A stretch of 64,000 nucleotides of DNA, from assembly GCA_964016885.1 (NCBI GenBank), contig OZ024744.1, positions 15,066,001 through 15,130,000 of the forward strand, read 5' to 3'. This stretch comes from Eledone cirrhosa. Taxonomy: Eukaryota. The notes under the pieces are model-generated. The model was not told the origin of the DNA. It saw nothing but the letters and a program-made list of their open reading frames with translations, and searched no databases. The position numbers and the translations under genes are program-made. Shown piece after piece: positions 58,134 through 64,000 of the stretch; the first letter of the stretch is position 1, and each line of letters begins with the position of its first letter.

Positions 58134-61100
58134 ATGAGCTGGGATAAATGGAACAACCCCGAATTAATAAATGAATATGAATCCGCAAGCTACCAAACGC
58201 CCATGCAAAGCTTTAATCCAGAGACAGGTTGCATACACACACACCCGCAAAAATTAACCCATTGTACGAGTGATGGCAAATGCCAAAATCTCCGAGTTGG
58301 AACCATCAATGTAAGCACAATGAAAGGAAGAGCAGGAGAAATCGTAGAGATGCTAGAGCGAAAGGAAATTGATGTATGATGTGTGCAAGAGACTAGATGG
58401 AGAGGAGAATCCGCTAGAGTCCTCGTAGGCAAAAGTCAATGCTACTAATTTTTCTGGGTGGGAAATGACAACGGGATGGGAGGGGTAGGTATACTATTAG
58501 CTGGCAAATGGGTAGATAAGGTAATCTCAGTGACAGGGTAAATGCAAGAATCAATAAACTCTGACTAGTCCTGAATAAAACAATGACCACAATAATATCA
58601 GCTTACGCACCCCAATCGGGGTTGCCAGACGAACTTAAGGATAGATTTTATGAGTCTCTAATGCACACTACTGCCCTAACAAGCGACAATGACTTCCTAA
58701 TCATTGCAGGAGATTTCAACGGACATGTTGGGAAACACTGTGACAGCTTCTTTAGAGTCCATGGAGGCTACAGGTTTGGCACAAGAAATGAAGAAGGCTT
58801 CAGGCTTCTGGAATTCTGTGACGCCAATGACATATTTATATATAACACAAACTTCAAAAAACCCGACAACCATCTGATCACCTATAGATCAGGGGAGCAT
58901 TCTAGTCAGATAGATTGTATCCTCATCAGAGGGTGTGATAGATGGACGGTTGTAAACACAAAAGCCTTCCCTGGTGAGGAATGTACCTCCCAACATAGCT
59001 TAGTTGTCAGCACCCTCGTTGTCAAAACTAGACGAACTTGGAAACAGAAGGCAACCTGGAGAAGAAAGATCTGGAAGCTGAAAGACCCCTCAGTTAGTAA
59101 CAGGTTTAAAGATATTCTACTCGACACCTATGACAGTAAAGAAGAACAGTTAGAGACCTTCAATGTAGAAGAGAACTGGGAGTTCCTAAAAAATAACTTA
59201 CTAAAGGCACTGGATGAGATTTGTGGTTGGAGCAAGTCCACAGGGAGGAGGAGAGTGACTTGGTGGTGGAACAATAAGGTAGATGAGGCAGTTAAGGCTA
59301 AGAGACAGGCATGGAAAGAATGGAACAACAGGGGTAGCAGGGTACATTACATAGAGACCAGGAGGGAAGCTAGGCGACAAGTATACTTAGCTAGGAGGGA
59401 AGCAGAGGATAGAAAATTCAAGCATGTTTTGCAATGTGTCAGAGAGAATTGTGATGTCATTGGAGAGAAGTGTATCCGGAATGATAAAGGTGAGCTTGCC
59501 CTCACAAGTGCTGAGAAGAAAGCTGTGTGGAAGAGCCATTATGATAGATTACTAAATGAGGAGAATGCATGGGAAAAAGAAACCCTACCCCAAGTGGACC
59601 CTATAGAGGGGCCAGCAGTAAAAGTCAGCAGCGTAGTAAGTAAGGCAATCAAAGATATGAAGACATGGAAGGCAACCGGTCCATCGGGTATAGCTGCCGA
59701 GATGCTGAAGGCATCTGGGTCGGTAGGTCACAACATAACTACACAAATTGTAAACCAGGTAATACTAGAGGGTATCATACCAAAGGATTGGTGTAGCAGC
59801 ATCATTGTCAACTGCTACAAAGGTAAAAGTGATGCACTAGATAGAGGAAACTATAGAGGTATAAAGCTGATGAACCAGGTCATAAAAGTAACGGAAAGGG
59901 TTATAGCACAGTTGATTAGGGACCAGGTAAAACTAGATGAGATGCAATTTGGGTTTGTAGCAGGAAAAGGCACCACTGATGCCCTCTTCCTTATGAGGCA
60001 GTTACAGGAAAAGTACCTAGCTAAAAGTAAGCCACTCTACCTGGCATTCGTCGATCTGGAAAAAGCCTTCGACAGAGGCCCCCGTGCTATAATCTGGTGG
60101 GCTCTTAGAAAATTAGGAGTAGATGAATGGCTTGTGAAAGCTGTAGAAGCCATGTATAGAGGAGCAGTCAGCAAAGTTAGAGTTAGCAATGAATAGAGCG
60201 AGGAATTTAGCATACAGGTTGGTGTCCACCAGGGCTCTGTTCTTAGCCCTCTCCTGTTCATCATAGTCCTGCAGGCAATAACGGAGGAGTTTAAGACCAT
60301 GGGAACTCCTGTATGCAGAGATCTCGCTATTATAGCTGAATCCATGGTGGAACTAGAGAACAAATTTCAAACATGGAAGCAGGGACTAGAAAGAAGGGGT
60401 CTCAAAGTCAATCTGACAAAGACTAAAGTTCTTGTAAGTAGACGAGAAAACAGAACCCAGATCCCCTCAGGGAAGTGGCCTTGCTCAGTATATAGGAAAG
60501 GTATAGGTAGAAATTCCATCCTCAGCCCCAAATGCAAACAATGGGTACACTAGAGATGTAGTGGGATCTCAGGAAGTTTATCTAAGAATGTAGGCTTCAC
60601 ATGCAGCAGCTGTGCTGGGACAGCAAGCAGCAAACAGCCACAAGAAACAAGCACCACCAAACACTGGTAGGGCTCTGTAGAAACAGTAGACAGCTTCTAC
60701 TACATAGGTAACCAAATTAGCAGTGGAGGTGGGTGTTCTGAAAGTAAAATAACTAGGGTAAGAACAGGATGGAAGAAGTTCAGGGAGGTACTACCACTGC
60801 TAGCTGCAAAAGGCTTTTCCCTCAAAATGAAAGGCAGAGTGTATGATGCGTGTATACGAACAGCAATGTTACATGGAAGTGAAACCTGGGCGCTGTCTGT
60901 GGAAGACTTGCAGAGTTTATAAAGAAACGAAGCCTGCATGCTCCAATGGATGTGTAATAGTAATATACGCAAACGACAAAGCATAAAGGAACTGAGAGAG
61001 TGACTGAGCATAAGAGGAATCAAATGCTGTGTGCAGGAGAGGAGGTTACGCTGGTATGGACATGTGATGCGTATGAAGGATGACAGCTGCATAAAAAGGT

Positions 61101-61262
61101 GCAGAGCACTAAAAGTCGATGGAAGCCGCGGAGTGGGGAGACGCAAGAAGACCTGGGATGAGGTGATAAAAACTGACCTTGCTTGATTGCACCTCTCAAG
61201 AGCAATGACACACGACCGTGACCTTTGGTGTCACACAGTAATACAGAAGACCCGACCCCCCA
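58134..61262 (+). pseudogene. Disrupted AP-endonuclease / reverse transcriptase ORF of RTE copy 1
   Basis: APE motifs: GTINV, VQET, SAYAPQ, GDFNGH, SQID, SQH. RT motifs: YRGIKL, QFGF, FVDLEKAFDR, GVHQGSVLSPLLF. In-frame stops at 58377, 58446, 58562, 60194, 60551, 60668, 60920, 61001 and 61184. Frameshift near 58533; deletions at ~60297 and ~60319 destroy YADD. Start and end are approximate; the end was set by alignment to copy 2. Confidence 0.92.
60482..60613 (+). other. Degenerate C4HC3 (PHD-like) zinc finger in copy 1 ORF
   Basis: CSVYRKGIGRNSILSPKCKQWVH*RCSGISGSLSKNVGFTCSSC aligns without gaps to the intact finger of copy 2; two Cys are lost and there is one stop. Confidence 0.7.
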
Positions 61263-61301
61263 CAGGTACAAGCCGAAGCTGAAGCATATAGACAATATGC
61301 T

Positions 61302-61436
61302 CCCACACCCTCCCACTGCAAAGTGGTCGTGGAGGTGCCACGACAAAAAAGCACCCAGCCCACACTGTAAATTGGACGTGTAGGCGCCATGGAAAAAAAG
61401 CACCCAGCACTCACTGTAAATGAGGTTGGTGTTAGG
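61302..61436 (+). repeat. ~49-bp degenerate tandem repeat (~2.7 copies) in the RTE 3' UTR
   Basis: CACCCAGCCCACACTGTAAA at 61352 and CACCCAGCACTCACTGTAAA at 61401, with a weaker copy at ~61302. The homologous repeat is present in copy 2 (~61885-61990, minus strand). Confidence 0.75.
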
Positions 61437-61567
61437 AAGGGCATCCAGCTGTAGAAATCAAGCCAGAATCAGTTCCCATATGAGCAAGACAAGGTCAGCT
61501 GACTAGACACTGCCCACAACAGGACAACCCGTCTAACCCATGCTAGCGTGGAAGAACGGACAAAAAC

Positions 61568-61585
61568 GATGATGATGATGATGAT
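61568..61585 (+). repeat. (GAT)6 3' tail of RTE copy 1
   Basis: Read directly; it follows the conserved 3' stem-loop. Confidence 0.9.
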
Positions 61586-61611
61586 TCCTCCAGCAACATG
61601 TAATATAGATT
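61583..61611 (+). repeat. Isolated satellite monomer / candidate target-site duplication
   Basis: GATTCCTCCAGCAACATGTAATATAGATT matches 57574-57602 GATTACTCCAGCAATATGTAATGTAGATT at 26 of 29 positions. Confidence 0.92.
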
Positions 61612-61612
61612 T

Positions 61613-61726
61613 CAGTGTAGGTATGGCTGGCTTTGTGGCTATAACATTTGTTTCACAAATATATGGCTTTAGATCAACCAAAACGAAAGCACCTTGAGCA
61701 AGTGTCTACTATAATGGCTTCAGATC

Positions 61727-61727
<1 letters not shown>
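61613..61727 (+). mobile_element. Degenerate 5' fragment of a tRNA-derived SINE (Octopus-type), cut by RTE copy 2
   Basis: GTGTAGGTATGGCTG...GTGG...TTTGTTTC...GCACCTTGAGCAAGTGTCTACTATA resembles a cephalopod SINE head/core as I recall it (GGCGTAGGCGTGGCTGTGTGG...GCACCTTGGGCAAGTGTCTTCTACTATA). Recognised from memory only. Confidence 0.5.
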
Positions 61728-61758
<31 letters not shown>

Positions 61759-62135
61759 ACGTTTAACGTCCGTGTTCCACGCTTGCATGGGTTTGGACGG
61801 GGGTAGTCCCACTTGAGGCAAGAGTGATTGTCTTGCTCGCATAGGACTGTCTGGCAGGTTTTCTACAGTTGGATGCCCTTCCTAACACCAACCACATTTA
61901 CAGTGTGGGTCTGGGAGGTTTTTACCGTGTTGCCTACATGGCCACATTACAGCGTGGACTGTGTGTTTTTTTGTCGTGACACCTACACGATCTCATTTGT
62001 TTCGGCCTGGATGGCGCGGCACCAACATAACTTTACATAGAACGGGGTGGTGTGGATGGGGTGGGGGTGGTGGTGGTGGGACGGGGTGTATTTTGTTAGA
62101 GATGCCTACTGGCTGGAGTAGGTTTTACTATATAT

Positions 62136-63998
62136 TTAGGTAAGGCAGGTCTTCTCTGTTACTGAGTACCGCCAAAGGTCTCGGTCCAGTGACATTGTCT
62201 TGGAGAGGTGTAAGTGTGTGATGTCGGAGTTTATCAGCTCGTCCCAGGTTTTTCTAGGTCTGCCTATTCCGTGACTACCGTCTATCTTTATTGCCCTGCA
62301 CTTTGTTATACAGCTATCGACTTTCATGCGCATCACGTGTCCATACCAACGTAGCCTTCTCTCGAGTAAACAACATCTGATCCCTCTTATCTCTAATTTT
62401 TTCCTTAGTTCGTTTATGCTTTGCCGTTCATGTATATTACTGTTACACATCCAGCGGAGCATGCAAGCTTCGTTCCTCTCTAGTCTGCGTATATCCTCTG
62501 CACACAATGCCCAGGTCTCACTGCCATGCAGCATTGCTGTTCGTATGCAGGCATCGTACAACCTGCCTTTCATTTTTAGGGAGAACCCTTTAGCAGCTAA
62601 TAGTGGTATAAGCTCTCTGAACTTTTTCCAACCAGTTCTGACTCTAGCTACAGTACTTTCAGAGCACCCTCCCCCACTGCTGATTTTATCGCCCAGGTAA
62701 CGGAAGCTGTCCACTATTTCTATAGAACCCTCTGCGCAATTGAAAGAGCTAGTATTTTGTGGGCACTTGCTGCTACTTATTGCACCAGAACACCGGCCAC
62801 ATGTAAAATCTATGTTCTTAGTTAGCTTACCTGTGATCCCACTACATCTTTTATGCACCCATACTTTGCATTTAGGACATAAAATGGAGTTTCTACCTAC
62901 GCCTTTCCTACACACCGAGCACGACCATTTCCCAGAAGGGACCGCCGCCTTGTTTTCTTTCCTTCAAACTAGTACTTTGGTCTTAGCCAGGTTAATTTTA
63001 AGTCCTTTTGACTCTAGGCCGTGCTTCCATGTTTGGAATTTCTTCTCTAGCTCGGCCATTGATTCTGCTATGAGTGTCAGGTCGTCTGCGTATAGGAGTT
63101 CCCATGGGCAGCCTGTCTTGAACTCCTCTGTTATAGCCTGAAGGGCAATAATAAATAGTAGGGGGCTGAGAACAGAGCCCTGATGGACGCCAACTTTTAC
63201 GCTAAACTCTTCACTATATTCGTTGTTAATTCTAACCTTGCTGACTGTTTCTTTATACATGGCTTGTATAGCCCTCACAAGCCATTCGTCAACGCCTAGT
63301 TTTCTAAGAGCCCACCAGATAATGGAGCAGGGGACTCTGTCGAAGGCTTTCTCCAAGTCGACAAAAGCTAAGTAGAGGGGTTTACCTTTAGCTAGGTACT
63401 TCTCCTGTAGTTGTCGTACTATGAAAAGAGCGTCTGTGGTACTTTTGCCTGACACAAACCCGAACTGCATTTCATCTAGGTCAATTCTCTCTCTGATTAG
63501 TTGCACTATTACTTTTTCCGTGACCTTCATGACCTGGTCGATTAATTTAATGCCTCTATAGTTACTCCTATCTAGGGCGTCTCCTTTACCCTTATAACAG
63601 TTAACGATGATGCTGCTATGCCAGTCCTTCGGAACAACCCCATTCTGTACGACTTGGTTAACTATGCGGGTGACCATGGTGTGTCCCACCGTGCCAGATG
63701 CCTTCAGCATCTCAGCAACTATTTCCGAAGGCCCAGCCGCCTTACCCGTCTTCATATCCTTGATTGCCTTACTTATTATACTCCCCTCGACTAACACTGC
63801 TGGTCCCTCTATTGGGTCGATATGGGGGAGACTGTCTTTCTCCCATTTATTCTCCTCATTTAGTAGCCTTTCATAGTGACACTTCCAAGCTACCTTCTTA
63901 TCAGCGTCGGTGATGGCAAGTGTGCCATCGTCGTTTAGTACACACTTCTCCCCGACAATATCACAGTTTTCCTTGACGCATTGCCTAGCAATCCTGAA
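62136..63998 (-). pseudogene. Reverse transcriptase ORF of RTE copy 2 (partial); single in-frame TGA
   Basis: The frame is open from the window edge (FRIARQCVKENCD...) through FVDLEKAFDRV, GVHQGSVLSPLLF and an intact YADD. One TGA at 62966-62964, then the same frame continues through the zinc finger, FRYLG and RLRWYGHVMR to a stop at 62136. Confidence 0.9.
62790..62921 (-). other. Intact C4HC3 (PHD-like) zinc finger in copy 2 ORF
   Basis: CSVC-x10-CPKC-x4-H-x2-C-x14-CGRC, 44 aa, with W two residues before the His as in PHD fingers. Confidence 0.78.
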
Positions 63999-64000
63999 TA

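Larger units (their letters stand above)
57603..61585 (+). mobile_element. RTE-clade non-LTR retrotransposon (LINE), copy 1, probably full length, inactivated
   Basis: Single APE+RT reading frame, 3' UTR and terminal (GAT)6 tail at 61568-61585. It is flanked on both sides by satellite sequence (57574-57602 and 61583-61611), which defines the ends. The 5' boundary is inferred from that flank. Clade call rests on the single-ORF layout, the short-repeat tail and RTE-type C-terminal motifs (LHGSETW, RLRWYGHVMR). Confidence 0.88.
61728..64000 (-). mobile_element. RTE-clade LINE, copy 2 (related subfamily); 5' part lies beyond the window
   Basis: (ATC)10 at 61728-61757 is the (GAT)n tail on the minus strand. 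The 3' UTR and RT ORF are collinear with copy 1. Confidence 0.92.

Noticed and set aside
57746-58147. Short ORFs (67, 61, 83 aa) as ORF1 or small membrane proteins
   Set aside because: They are low-complexity products of the (ACT)n and CT-rich leader, with no recognisable domain.
58583-60196. Domesticated or functional 537-aa gene
   Set aside because: It lacks the APE N-terminus and ends before YADD. It is the longest surviving piece of a decayed ORF and shows in-frame deletions relative to copy 2.
62964-62966. Programmed readthrough or selenocysteine at the lone TGA before the zinc finger
   Set aside because: Copy 1 has a sense codon (AGT) at this position, so a simple nonsense mutation is more parsimonious.
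58190-63876. Antisense ORFs (e.g. 60037-60363, 60700-61146, 62326-62700, 62740-63141) that look conserved between the copies
   Set aside because: They are shadow frames of the homologous RT ORFs; their similarity follows from sense-strand conservation.

Overview
Eukaryotic repeat DNA with no host genes. Bases 1-57602 are one uninterrupted array of a 25-bp AT-rich satellite (consensus TACTCCAGCAATATGTAATGTAGAT, ~2300 copies, running off the left edge). It has no fixed higher-order unit but is built from nested duplications of 0.6-6 kb. The array ends abruptly at an apparently full-length (~4 kb), heavily decayed RTE-clade LINE on + (57603-61585). One stranded satellite monomer follows that element's (GAT)n tail, then a ~115-bp degenerate SINE-like fragment, then a better-preserved related RTE on - (61728 to beyond the window end), tail-to-tail with the first. 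Both LINE ORFs carry a C4HC3 (PHD-like) zinc finger inside the reverse transcriptase region. The 3' tails and SINE fragment resemble cephalopod (Octopus) repeats as I recall them; this was not verified by search. I found no convincing new biological system. The best leads are the RT-embedded zinc finger and the satellite/LINE junction.
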